Assembly: GCA_000146045.2 (NCBI GenBank)
Contig: BK006948.2
Location: forward strand, 864,001 to 928,000
DNA from: TPA_inf: Saccharomyces
Taxonomy: Eukaryota
DNA length: 64,000 nt
Reading direction: 5' to 3'
Made by a program: the position numbers and the translations under genes. How positions within the stretch are numbered: the stretch's first letter is position 1; each line of letters opens with the position of its first letter. The notes below the pieces were generated by a model. It was not told the origin of the DNA. It ran no database searches and saw nothing but the letters and a program-made list of their open reading frames with translations. Positions 10,743 to 20,513 of the stretch are shown in pieces.

Positions 10743-11321
10743 TCAGTTTCTTCCAAATATATACAAATGGTCATCATTTTCATTCCAAAGTTTCTTTACC
10801 AGGTCAACAAAACCATTATTTTTCGTTTCCAATTCGTAGATACCGTACAGGGACAACATGGATCCTCCATAGAGGCAATAAAGGGCGAGCTTATGCCATC
10901 TTGGATACTTTTCCTTCGGTATATAGTCAATAATACAACTTGTGAAGCCATACTGTAAATATATCAAAAAAATGGACGATAAAGACGCATCGAGTAAAGG
11001 ATTTATAACCCCGCCGGTAAAGGAGGCATAAAAAGGTACCATTGTTAATGGAATCAAAGTATATTTTGCTATTCTCTCATAGTCTTTTTGATAAGAGTCC
11101 TTAAATTGAGAGAACTCTGGGGGCTTAAACATCTGCACTGAAGAGGATGCCTCTTTTGACGTATTTGCAATATCGTTTATTTTATTTTCAGCATTTAAAC
11201 GATTAATGCTATAAAAGGATCTTTTGGTTGAAAGTACTAATCCTGGAAAAACAGCTCGTACAGGATTTACAATGACAGTGGAAGCATTAAGAACAGGCTT
11301 CAAGCCAGGAAACAATAGCAT
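10743..11321 (-). CDS. TIM18: TIM22 complex subunit (Sdh4-like membrane protein), 192 aa
   Basis: The track ORF extends to 11354 with a non-ATG start. The internal ATG gives MLLFPGLKPVLNASTVIVNPVRAV... of 192 aa, the TIM18 length. Confidence 0.88.
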   Translation of the reverse strand: MLLFPGLKPVLNASTVIVNPVRAVFPGLVLSTKRSFYSINRLNAENKINDIANTSKEASSSVQMFKPPEFSQFKDSYQKDYERIAKYTLIPLTMVPFYASFTGGVINPLLDASLSSIFLIYLQYGFTSCIIDYIPKEKYPRWHKLALYCLYGGSMLSLYGIYELETKNNGFVDLVKKLWNENDDHLYIFGRN

Positions 11322-11472
11322 TACCAAAGGTATTAAATTACTCAGTTGTTGCACCTCGCATCACCGTTAATTAATGTGTGCATTCCACTGTCTGGAAGTT
11401 TTCATTTTTATCCGATCTTTTGCGAGAATGGTTTGTTTTTCAAAAAAACCGAGTGTCAACAAGGCATGTAGC

Positions 11473-11481
11473 GACACAAAA
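11473..11481 (+). promoter_or_regulatory. Middle sporulation element (MSE, GACACAAAA; Ndt80/Sum1 site) upstream of MUM3
   Basis: gcGACACAAAAtg is a perfect match to gNCRCAAAW. It lies 118 bp upstream of the MUM3 ATG. Confidence 0.5.
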
Positions 11482-11598
11482 TGAAAAATTGAAAGTTAAC
11501 AGGGCAAGATATGCACCATAATAGATTCATTGTTAATCTTAATCAAATAAAATTTCTCTTTTCCACACAGAAAACTAAACGAAAGGTATAACTTTAAG

Positions 11599-13038
11599 AT
11601 GGGTTTTGTTGATTTCTTCGAAACATATATGGTCGGTTCTAGGGTCCAGTTCAAACAGTTAGATATTTCTGATTGGTTGAGTCTGACCCCAAGGTTGCTT
11701 ATTCTTTTTGGCTATTTTTACCTTCATTCTTTTTTTACTGCAATCAATCAATTCCTACAGTTCATTAACACGAATTCCTTCTGTCTTAGACTGCATTTAC
11801 TATATGACAGATTTTGGTCGCATGTGCCCATAATAGGTGAGTACAAAATTCGGCTGCTCTCGAGGGCACTGACATATAGTAAACTGAAAATAATACCAAC
11901 TTTAGACAAGGTGCTGGAGGCGATTGAAATTTGGTTTCAGCTACATTTAGTTGAAATGACCTTCGAAAAAAAAAAAAACGTCCAAATTTTCATAACCGAG
12001 GGAAGTGATGACCTAAACTTTTTTAAAGATAGCAAATTCCAAACCACATTAATGATATGTAATCATCGATCAGTGAATGACTACACATTGATTAATTACC
12101 TTTTTCTCAAAAGTTGTCCCACCAAGTTTTATACTAAATGGGAATTTCTACAAAAGCTGAGGAAGGGGGAAGATCTAGCTGAATGGCCTCAGTTAAAATT
12201 TCTTGGTTGGGGAAAAATGTTTAACTTTCCTCGATTGGATCTACTAAAGAACATATTCTTCAAAGATGAAACACTCGCACTCTCATCGAATGAGTTAAGA
12301 GATATTTTAGAAAGACAAAACAATCAAGCTATTACTATTTTTCCCGAAGTCAATATCATGAGTTTGGAACTATCAATTATTCAAAGAAAATTACACCAAG
12401 ATTTTCCCTTTGTTATAAACTTCTATAATTTATTATACCCAAGATTTAAAAACTTTACCACTTTGATGGCTGCTTTTTCATCAATTAAAAACATCAAAAG
12501 AAAGAAAAACCGTAACAATATAATCAAAGAGGCCCGATACCTGTTTCACAGAGAACTTGACAAATTAGTTCACAAGAGCATGAAAATGGAGTCTTCCAAG
12601 GTATCCGATAAGACGACGCCGCCCATGATCGTAGATAATTCATACTTACTTACAAAAAAGGAAGAAATCAGCAGCGGCAAGCCCAAGGTGGTACGAATCA
12701 ATCCATACATATATGATGTCACCATAATTTATTACCGAGTCAAATATACTGATAGTGGGCATGATCATACCAACGGAGATTTGAGACTTCATAAAGGTTA
12801 TCAATTAGAGCAAATATCTCCGACAATCTTTGAGATGATTCAACCAGAAATGGAGTCTGAAAACAACATAAAGGATAAGGACCCCATTGTTGTGATGGTA
12901 AATGTAAAAAAGCATCAAATTCAACCATTACTCGCATACAATGATGAGAGTTTAGAAAAGTGGCTTGAAAATAGGTGGATAGAAAAAGATAGATTAATCG
13001 AGTCCTTGCAAAAAAATATTAAAATTGAGACCAAATAA
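11599..13038 (+). CDS. MUM3: Sporulation/spore-wall protein with acyltransferase H(X)4D motif, 479 aa
   Basis: 479-aa ORF. The NHRSVND H-x4-D motif sits at 12061-12081. A perfect MSE (GACACAAAA) lies about 120 bp upstream. Confidence 0.92.
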
Positions 13039-13229
13039 AGATCCTGAATCATAATATATACGTGTGTACTTCACTTTCTATAGAGGAAAAAAAGCTAAAA
13101 AAAAAAAAAAATGATAAAATAAACGAAAAAAACCATAAAACGATCATGATAGAATAATGTACATTATTAAGAATGCTTCATTGATGACATGCAGTGCGAA
13201 AAGAAAGGAACAAATGAAAGAAGACCTCT

Positions 13230-13685
13230 TCATTTCTTCTTTGGAGCTCCCAAAGGCGAACCGATGTTGTTACCTCTCAATTTAACGCCTAAGGCTCTTT
13301 CCAACTTAGACAAAACTTGTTGGTTTGGAATAGCTCTAGCGGCTTCATAATCGTTTACCACGGTTGGCTTTTCGTTAATTTTGGTTGCCAAATCCTTCTG
13401 CGACATTTTCTTGTCTGTTCTGGCACGCGAGATGGCCCTACCGACATTTGGATCCAATTTCTTGGGTTTGACAATATCTGTCTCACGGTCGACCTTGGTC
13501 AACCTCTGACCCTCGTTGTCACCCCTCGTATTGGTTGATCCGTACTTCTTGTCAACGGAAACAACCAACCCCTGTCTTCTTGCAGCATTAATTTGGCCTT
13601 GAGATCTGGCAACGTTGGCCCTTGGGCCAGAACCACCAGCTCTTGCTCTGCTACCAATAATAGTATTTGTATCCCAGTCAGACAT
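13230..13685 (-). CDS. MBF1: Multiprotein bridging factor 1 (HTH_3 transcriptional coactivator), 151 aa
   Basis: 151-aa [31 protein letters not shown]... with a C-terminal helix-turn-helix region. Exact MBF1 length. Confidence 0.95.
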   Translation of the reverse strand: MSDWDTNTIIGSRARAGGSGPRANVARSQGQINAARRQGLVVSVDKKYGSTNTRGDNEGQRLTKVDRETDIVKPKKLDPNVGRAISRARTDKKMSQKDLATKINEKPTVVNDYEAARAIPNQQVLSKLERALGVKLRGNNIGSPLGAPKKK

Positions 13686-14434
13686 TTTTCTTTACGATTT
13701 TGCTCGTTAACTTTTTTGTTTTCTAGCTTATTAGCTTTTACAGTTATGGAAGCGTAGATTCAACCTTCCCTAACACATGAAACTATTATTGGTTAAGCGA
13801 CAGGCGCCTTTCCAGCTACCTAATATATACCACCACCGTCAAGGGGCGCCCGTTCATGAAAGAGGCAACGATGGTGATCGATTATTTCCAGGAATTGTTC
13901 CATGACGTTCTACGTGGTTCTCTTGGTCGGGTAATACAATCAGGGTAACATAGTCAGGGTAACAGAATCCTTGCTTCTATTACCCTCCAATGCAAAGTTG
14001 ACTGGCGTACATTTGGGCCAAGTATCAGGCCTACCATCTTTTCATCAGTGTTCGATAAATGAGACGTAGTGACCCAAATTCAGTATGTCTTGATAGCTTA
14101 GTAAGACTTATAAGCATTTTCACGCATCTTGGAAGAAAGTTGCGAGCATTGCCTTAAGATTCTGTCATGCGGGTGTCGATAGCGTCACGTGAACACATTC
14201 CAAGTCCTTTTTTCTTCACCTTTTTCGGTACCTGGTACCTGAGCCAGGAATAGAAGAAGGATCTGAAAAACGTATGCAAATATAGCAAGAGGGCGTAAGC
14301 TTAGCCTCGAGGCAATGGCGTTTTAATTATTTTAAGATTTTTTTTCCATAAATAGTGCTGTTATTAAGTTGAAGTGTTTGAGAAGGGAGTGAGCGCAAAA
14401 AAATAAAGAACTAAGGAAGAAGAGCTTCCCTCAG

Positions 14435-16675
14435 ATGATTACGCAGAATTCTATACCAGAGGTAAAAGAAGATTTTATTGGTTATGCTTTACATGAGAGA
14501 AGAATTCGGTTACCGCAGTTTCAAGACTTAGGGCCGGCAGACTTGGTCACACTAACAAAGTATTTGCCCACTTCAAGTAACACAAATGCCATAAACAGTA
14601 CGAGTAGAAATGGTGCGGCCATTATTCAGTCCCCTGCAGCCGTTGTAGCCGATGACTCTGCCGCTTCCATGGCAACCAATGGCGATGCTAGTGACACCGC
14701 CGTTACCACAAATTATACAAATGCATCTATATACAGTAGCAGCAGAAATGCCAATGATGGAGCCCCGATGGTCGCTGAGCTCCATCCACTTGATAAACTG
14801 AAGGACGAAGTAGGGACATTTTTTTACTCAATGGGTGTCGATACATCCGGTCCAACTTCAATCGCAATTTTTTTGAAGGAGATTTCAGAGGTCATCAGCG
14901 AGAAACCCCAAGTTTGGTTTGGCAGGAAGAAAACCTTCAATGTTGCTCGAATTTCATTTTCCACTTGGAATGCGTTCAGGAGATGCGACATAAATGTCGT
15001 CGTTCATATTCCAGGATCGATTCAGAACTTTATAGTGGATTGCAACGGTGAAAGTCAAAATATAGAGATGTGTGCGGATTATGACTTAATTTGGGCTGAA
15101 ACGTTCGTAAGTGGCGTAGTACGGTCAATCATGTTAATGAAGGAAAACGCTGAAGAGGGAGAATTACAAAATTTAGTGGAAACCTTGATTTTGAACCCGT
15201 TTACTGCAGGACAAATCGACGATGTACCAGAAATGTTCATTGATCTGTTCCCTATAGTTTACCATAAGGGCCCATTATTGGGAGCTCCGTATTATATTAC
15301 CAATGTGACGAACACTAATAACTATTTGGTAGAAACACTCGTTGAGATAGTTAAGCTGACTCGTAATGTTAGCAGGGCGGAAATAATGTTGAAGAATCTG
15401 GCTACCGACAACCCTGAGGCGATCATAATACTAATCAAGATCTTTTTGGTGTGTGATCAAGAATTAGACGCAATAAAGCTCACATACGATATGCTTTCGC
15501 AGGATAAAATAATAAACAACACTAATAACCGCATGGATTATAAATCTGAATTACTGTGCTTACAAGCGCAATTTTTGATAGACAAAAGGCAGGATTACAG
15601 CTTGGCGCAAAACATAGCGCAAGAGGCAGTCAATTGTTCTCCCAGTGAATTTAGACCTTGGTATCTTTTATCCAAGGTGTATGTAAAGCTAAATGATATT
15701 GAAAATGCCTTACTGATACTGAATTCATGCCCTATGTCTCCATTAAAGGAAAAATACGTACTGAAAAGAGTAGCTCCGTTGCCTTCGAATAATAGTCTTC
15801 ATTTGCCATTGCCAATTGACGTTGTACTGGATGAAGTGACGTCGTTGAATCCACAAGACGTTCAGAATGAACACCGCTCTGCGGATCCAATGCTGGTCAA
15901 TTTAGCTGCGTCGAACTTGAAATCTACTTTCCAATTGGCATACCGATTATTGACAGAAATTGTGCAGATCACCGGCTGGGAAAATCTGTTAAAGTACAGA
16001 TCAAACATTTTCGTTATGGAAGAAGAGTACCAAAAATCATCATCTTCGTTACCAAAGGACGTTAACAAACAAGAAGAACAGCCTCTGAGGGCTAAACGGC
16101 TGTGTGAACGATGGTTAGACAACCTCTTCATGCTTTTATATGAAGACCTGAAGATGTATACATTATGGCAAACCGAACAACTGTACATGGATGCACAGAA
16201 TAACAACCACAATAAGTTGACTTTCGAATGGGAGTTATTTGGCCTTTGTGCACGTCGACTGGGCCATTTCCCTGAGGCCGCCAAGGCCTTCCAGAACGGT
16301 TTATCGCAGAGATTTTCATCAAGGTGCGCGAGGAAACTGCTGGAATATTGTATAAACGAACGCCAACGGGTCAAAAATTTTATAAACTCACCTAATTCGC
16401 ATGACATGGTCCCTGAAATAGTAAGCTCACGCATAAGAGAGCTAGACAATAGCATTATCGACCTTTGCGTGAAGATATGCTGCTGGAACCACCGTTGGTA
16501 TACGGAATTTTCCATAAGTTTACTTGATTGTTTAAGTGTGGTTATTCAAGATATGAGTCTGACCAAAGTTTCGAATGAAATCTCGTCAAGATATCCAGAA
16601 ACTGTTCTCAACTTGGTGCAGGAGAATTTGCTCAATTTCTTCACTACTTGCACCATTGGATGCTACGATGCATAA
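14435..16675 (+). CDS. BUD7: ChAPs-family (Chs5-Arf1 binding, exomer) TPR protein, 746 aa
   Basis: 746-aa ORF. Its position and length match YOR299W. Confidence 0.92.
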   Translation: MITQNSIPEVKEDFIGYALHERRIRLPQFQDLGPADLVTLTKYLPTSSNTNAINSTSRNGAAIIQSPAAVVADDSAASMATNGDASDTAVTTNYTNASIYSSSRNANDGAPMVAELHPLDKLKDEVGTFFYSMGVDTSGPTSIAIFLKEISEVISEKPQVWFGRKKTFNVARISFSTWNAFRRCDINVVVHIPGSIQNFIVDCNGESQNIEMCADYDLIWAETFVSGVVRSIMLMKENAEEGELQNLVETLILNPFTAGQIDDVPEMFIDLFPIVYHKGPLLGAPYYITNVTNTNNYLVETLVEIVKLTRNVSRAEIMLKNLATDNPEAIIILIKIFLVCDQELDAIKLTYDMLSQDKIINNTNNRMDYKSELLCLQAQFLIDKRQDYSLAQNIAQEAVNCSPSEFRPWYLLSKVYVKLNDIENALLILNSCPMSPLKEKYVLKRVAPLPSNNSLHLPLPIDVVLDEVTSLNPQDVQNEHRSADPMLVNLAASNLKSTFQLAYRLLTEIVQITGWENLLKYRSNIFVMEEEYQKSSSSLPKDVNKQEEQPLRAKRLCERWLDNLFMLLYEDLKMYTLWQTEQLYMDAQNNNHNKLTFEWELFGLCARRLGHFPEAAKAFQNGLSQRFSSRCARKLLEYCINERQRVKNFINSPNSHDMVPEIVSSRIRELDNSIIDLCVKICCWNHRWYTEFSISLLDCLSVVIQDMSLTKVSNEISSRYPETVLNLVQENLLNFFTTCTIGCYDA

Positions 16676-16964
16676 ATACGATAAAAAGACATTAATACGT
16701 ATATATAATCCAAAAAAAATTGGCGATACGCTTCAACGTTGTGTCAAACTCTTGGGTCACTTTAAAGAAAACCCAGCATACATTAATACAGAGCAATGCT
16801 GGTTATGTAACTTCGCCGCCCGCCGCCATTCGAGGAAAAATATTCGTGTTTCGAGAATGCGGGCAAAACGAAAATATCAATAAAACACATACGGGAAATT
16901 CATTGTGCACAACGACCTCTAACAATTTCTGCCAAAAAGAAAGTTCAAGAGCGTCCCATTCATC

Positions 16965-18272
16965 ATGAAGGAAGAGCTCAGCAAAGTGAGCAGTATGCAA
17001 AATTTCGAGATGATCCAGCGTGAACGATTGCCAACATTGTATGAAGTGTTAATACAGAGGACATCGCAGCCAGTTGATCTCTGGACTTTTTATACATTTC
17101 TTTCACAATTCCCATATGCCATCAACTATCTGGACTTTTGGGTTGACCTTATGACACATACACGACTTTGCAAAAACTACATAGAGTTGGTAAGAAAATC
17201 ATTAATCAACTTTCCACAAGAACAACAGCAGAATGGAAGTACATCTACGGCTACATTTGACTTGCTGAACGCACTGATAGAAGAAGGGCACCTAGACCCG
17301 GAAGCACCTGATAAACTCTTAGAAAATAGCGGCCCAGACGTGCCCTTTTCACCAAAATTAAACGAATTGCTGGGTGATTGGAAGCACCAATCGGGTATCG
17401 GTCAAGAAGCCCTGAGAAACGAAGACGTAGCGCTGATCGTCGACGAGATAATGAAAAGGCGCTCCCAACAAGACGGAAAACCGCAGATAACTACAAAACA
17501 ACTGCTGCACAGCGCAGTTGGTCTCTGCAACACCTATTTAGTATCGCCCGAACAAAGCGAACGGTACCTGAGCAACATCCCCATGGAAACGCGGAACCGC
17601 ATAATAGAAAGCGTACAAATCGAGCGAAAGTACGACATTGAGATTTTTGACGACCTAAAAAACCTAACTTACCAATTCCTAGAAATGGATTGTTTCCCAA
17701 AATTTCTAAGCCGCGTCGCACTACACAACATCCACGATGAAATATCTGATTGGAGATTCCACTCAGTGGGCGTCACCAACGAAAAAAGCAATCGCTCTCG
17801 AGGCCAGACGCACATTTCTCGCTCGCCATTCTCCAATCACACGTCAATCAGTCGTATTGGCTTTGGTTTGCTCTGGCTAGGCATCGGCTTTTGGATCGGA
17901 TATGTTCTAATCTTCCTGGCGTATAGTCGCGCAATCCGTGTCGTTACGGTCGTGCCATTTACACTGGGATGCTACTGCATTGTGTGTGGCATGTATCAAG
18001 TGGACATTGTGTATTCCTGGTTTGGCGTCACACAGAGACTTCTCCACAGACACAAAAACGCTGGCAATGACGAAGGAGATGCTTCTAGTGATACCGATCA
18101 CGTGCCAATGATACTTGCGGTGTTCGGCGGTAGGCGCCGTCTTACCCGCATAGAGCACCCATTTACTCGGCAGCTTCTACGTAAGCGTGGACTGTGGTGT
18201 CTGCTTCTCGTAGTGGGTGCCACTGCCGCATTCACAGTTATTTTCAGCTGTGTTCCCGGCCGTCGTGTATGA
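16965..18272 (+). CDS. RAX1: Bipolar budding landmark-maintenance membrane protein (RGS-like N-terminus, C-terminal TM helices), 435 aa
   Basis: 435-aa ORF with hydrophobic C-terminal helices (GFGLLWLGIGFWIGYVLIFLAY). Position matches YOR301W. Confidence 0.9.
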   Translation: MKEELSKVSSMQNFEMIQRERLPTLYEVLIQRTSQPVDLWTFYTFLSQFPYAINYLDFWVDLMTHTRLCKNYIELVRKSLINFPQEQQQNGSTSTATFDLLNALIEEGHLDPEAPDKLLENSGPDVPFSPKLNELLGDWKHQSGIGQEALRNEDVALIVDEIMKRRSQQDGKPQITTKQLLHSAVGLCNTYLVSPEQSERYLSNIPMETRNRIIESVQIERKYDIEIFDDLKNLTYQFLEMDCFPKFLSRVALHNIHDEISDWRFHSVGVTNEKSNRSRGQTHISRSPFSNHTSISRIGFGLLWLGIGFWIGYVLIFLAYSRAIRVVTVVPFTLGCYCIVCGMYQVDIVYSWFGVTQRLLHRHKNAGNDEGDASSDTDHVPMILAVFGGRRRLTRIEHPFTRQLLRKRGLWCLLLVVGATAAFTVIFSCVPGRRV

Positions 18273-18414
18273 TGTAATCCATCACCCCCCTATAAAAACA
18301 CCTGTGCACCGCATATTTCCATAGCGCGTGACGCTAAGTACAAGAAACAGCGAGGGGCCGTTAAGTGCAGGCTTTACCGAGGGCGCCGGCTGGCGCTTCC
18401 CGTGGAAGGGTGTT

Positions 18415-18421
18415 TGACTCA
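18415..18421 (+). promoter_or_regulatory. Gcn4 response element TGACTCA upstream of CPA1
   Basis: gtttGACTCAtc lies about 350 bp upstream of the uORF. A second near-site TGACTCg is at 18604-18610. CPA1 is under general amino-acid control. Confidence 0.45.
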
Positions 18422-18623
18422 TCATCGCATCGCATTACCTCATGATGAGTAAATAGTTGCGATTTCACTTATCACCTCTCGCGGAAAAAAAAGGCGATGA
18501 CATGATATATAAGGCTCTCTCGTAAGACACTTAACTATCCAACGTTCATTAGATTATTCGGTCAATTTCTTTTTTCATGCCCCTCCTTTTTCTTTTCTTT
18601 TCTTGACTCGTCGTTTCTTTTTC

Positions 18624-18643
18624 TTTTTTTTTTTTTTTTTTTT
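18624..18643 (+). repeat. 20-nt poly(dT) tract (within a 50-nt T/C-rich block) upstream of the CPA1 uORF
   Basis: Counted 20 consecutive T at 18624-18643. The flanking sequence is ttctttttcttttct. Confidence 0.9.
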
Positions 18644-18764
18644 CTTCAGAACTATAACACATAGATACACTCGAACATCTAATTGTTTAAATACTGCAAA
18701 GAATACAAGGTAATCGACTCTTCTACATACCCTTTTTGCAGATTTGAAATAAAAAAAACATTAT

Positions 18765-18842
18765 ATGTTTAGCTTATCGAACTCTCAATACACCTGCCAA
18801 GACTACATATCTGACCACATCTGGAAAACTAGCTCCCACTAA
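18765..18842 (+). CDS. YOR302W: CPA1 leader uORF encoding the 25-aa arginine attenuator peptide [25 protein letters not shown]
   Basis: ATGTTTAGCTTATCGAACTCTCAATACACCTGCCAAGACTACATATCTGACCACATCTGGAAAACTAGCTCCCACTAA was read directly from the sequence. It lies 57 nt upstream of the CPA1 ATG. Confidence 0.92.
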   Translation: MFSLSNSQYTCQDYISDHIWKTSSH

Positions 18843-18898
18843 TTTCATTGCTTAATAATCAGAAATTCTATCACAAACCACTCCTAAAAATATTTCAA

Positions 18899-20134
18899 AT
18901 GTCCTCCGCTGCAACAAAAGCTACTTTCTGTATCCAAAATGGTCCTTCCTTTGAAGGTATATCTTTTGGTGCAAACAAATCTGTTGCTGGTGAAACAGTT
19001 TTCACTACTTCTCTGGTTGGTTACCCAGAGTCCATGACTGATCCTTCCTACCGTGGTCAGATATTAGTCTTCACGCAACCCTTGATTGGTAACTACGGTG
19101 TCCCATCCGGCGAAGCCCGCGATGAATACAATTTACTGAAGTATTTTGAATCTCCGCATATACATGTGGTCGGCATCGTTGTCGCTGAATATGCTTATCA
19201 ATATTCGCATTGGACCGCTGTTGAATCTCTGGCACAATGGTGTCAGAGAGAAGGTGTTGCTGCTATTACTGGCGTAGACACCCGTGAACTAGTGCAATAC
19301 TTGAGGGAACAAGGTTCTTCTTTGGGCCGTATTACGTTGGCTGATCATGACCCTGTCCCCTACGTGAATCCCATGAAAACTAACTTGGTTGCTCAAGTCA
19401 CCACAAAAAAGCCTTTCCACGTCTCTGCCTTACCTGGGAAGGCTAAGGCAAATGTGGCTCTTATTGACTGTGGTGTTAAAGAAAACATTATCAGATGCCT
19501 AGTCAAAAGAGGTGCCAATGTAACTGTTTTCCCCTATGATTACAGAATTCAAGATGTTGCTTCTGAATTCGACGGTATTTTCTTATCCAATGGACCAGGC
19601 AACCCAGAACTATGCCAAGCTACAATTTCCAACGTCAGGGAATTACTAAATAACCCTGTTTATGACTGTATCCCTATTTTTGGGATTTGTCTAGGCCATC
19701 AACTCTTGGCTCTGGCCTCCGGTGCCTCTACTCACAAATTGAAATATGGTAATAGGGCTCACAACATCCCTGCCATGGATTTGACTACCGGCCAGTGCCA
19801 CATTACATCTCAAAATCATGGCTATGCAGTTGATCCTGAGACCCTACCAAAGGACCAATGGAAACCTTATTTTGTTAATTTAAACGACAAATCAAACGAA
19901 GGCATGATACACCTTCAAAGACCCATATTTTCTACCCAATTTCACCCAGAGGCAAAAGGTGGTCCCTTAGACACAGCTATTCTTTTTGACAAATTCTTCG
20001 ATAATATAGAAAAATACCAATTACAATCTCAGGCAAAAAGTTCAATCTCACTAAAAGTAACATACAGTACCGATAAATCGAGATTGCAGAGTATAAATGT
20101 TACTAAGTTGGCCAAGGAAAGAGTGTTGTTCTAA
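18899..20134 (+). CDS. CPA1: Carbamoyl-phosphate synthetase (arginine-specific) small subunit, class-I glutamine amidotransferase, 411 aa
   Basis: The first ATG at 18899 gives [20 protein letters not shown]... of 411 aa. The GATase catalytic Cys motif GICLGHQ and the His in FHPE are present. Confidence 0.95.
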   Translation: MSSAATKATFCIQNGPSFEGISFGANKSVAGETVFTTSLVGYPESMTDPSYRGQILVFTQPLIGNYGVPSGEARDEYNLLKYFESPHIHVVGIVVAEYAYQYSHWTAVESLAQWCQREGVAAITGVDTRELVQYLREQGSSLGRITLADHDPVPYVNPMKTNLVAQVTTKKPFHVSALPGKAKANVALIDCGVKENIIRCLVKRGANVTVFPYDYRIQDVASEFDGIFLSNGPGNPELCQATISNVRELLNNPVYDCIPIFGICLGHQLLALASGASTHKLKYGNRAHNIPAMDLTTGQCHITSQNHGYAVDPETLPKDQWKPYFVNLNDKSNEGMIHLQRPIFSTQFHPEAKGGPLDTAILFDKFFDNIEKYQLQSQAKSSISLKVTYSTDKSRLQSINVTKLAKERVLF

Positions 20135-20513
20135 AAACAAAATTTATACATTACGTAACACATACGTACATCTAAATACGATTCAATTCAGTTCATGGTA
20201 TTTTGCGCTACTCGTCGTTGCTTAGTATCTACTCGCAGTTGTCATAATTAACGGGCGCTTCTTGTAATTAAATGAACAAAAAAACGTAACGTACGTACAA
20301 TGGCTCTAATTTCATCCTGCCATCCTAAAAAAAAAATCAAATAAAGCAGACTCAAAAATTTTCAGCTTCAGTTAAATTTTGATAAGTATATTTGCATAAC
20401 TCAAGGAGTTTGTGCAAACGGTTTTCTTTCTTTGTGGTTTGTTTTATTTACTTTCCAATAATACCCGTCTTGTTGGTTTAAGTCGTAACAAAAGGAAAAC
20501 TTACAATCAGATC

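Noticed and set aside
16575-16883. 102-aa ORF overlapping the 3' end of BUD7 (corresponds to dubious YOR300W)
   Set aside because: It overlaps a well-supported gene in another frame and shows no domain signal. It has a low-complexity basic tail. I treat it as non-coding.
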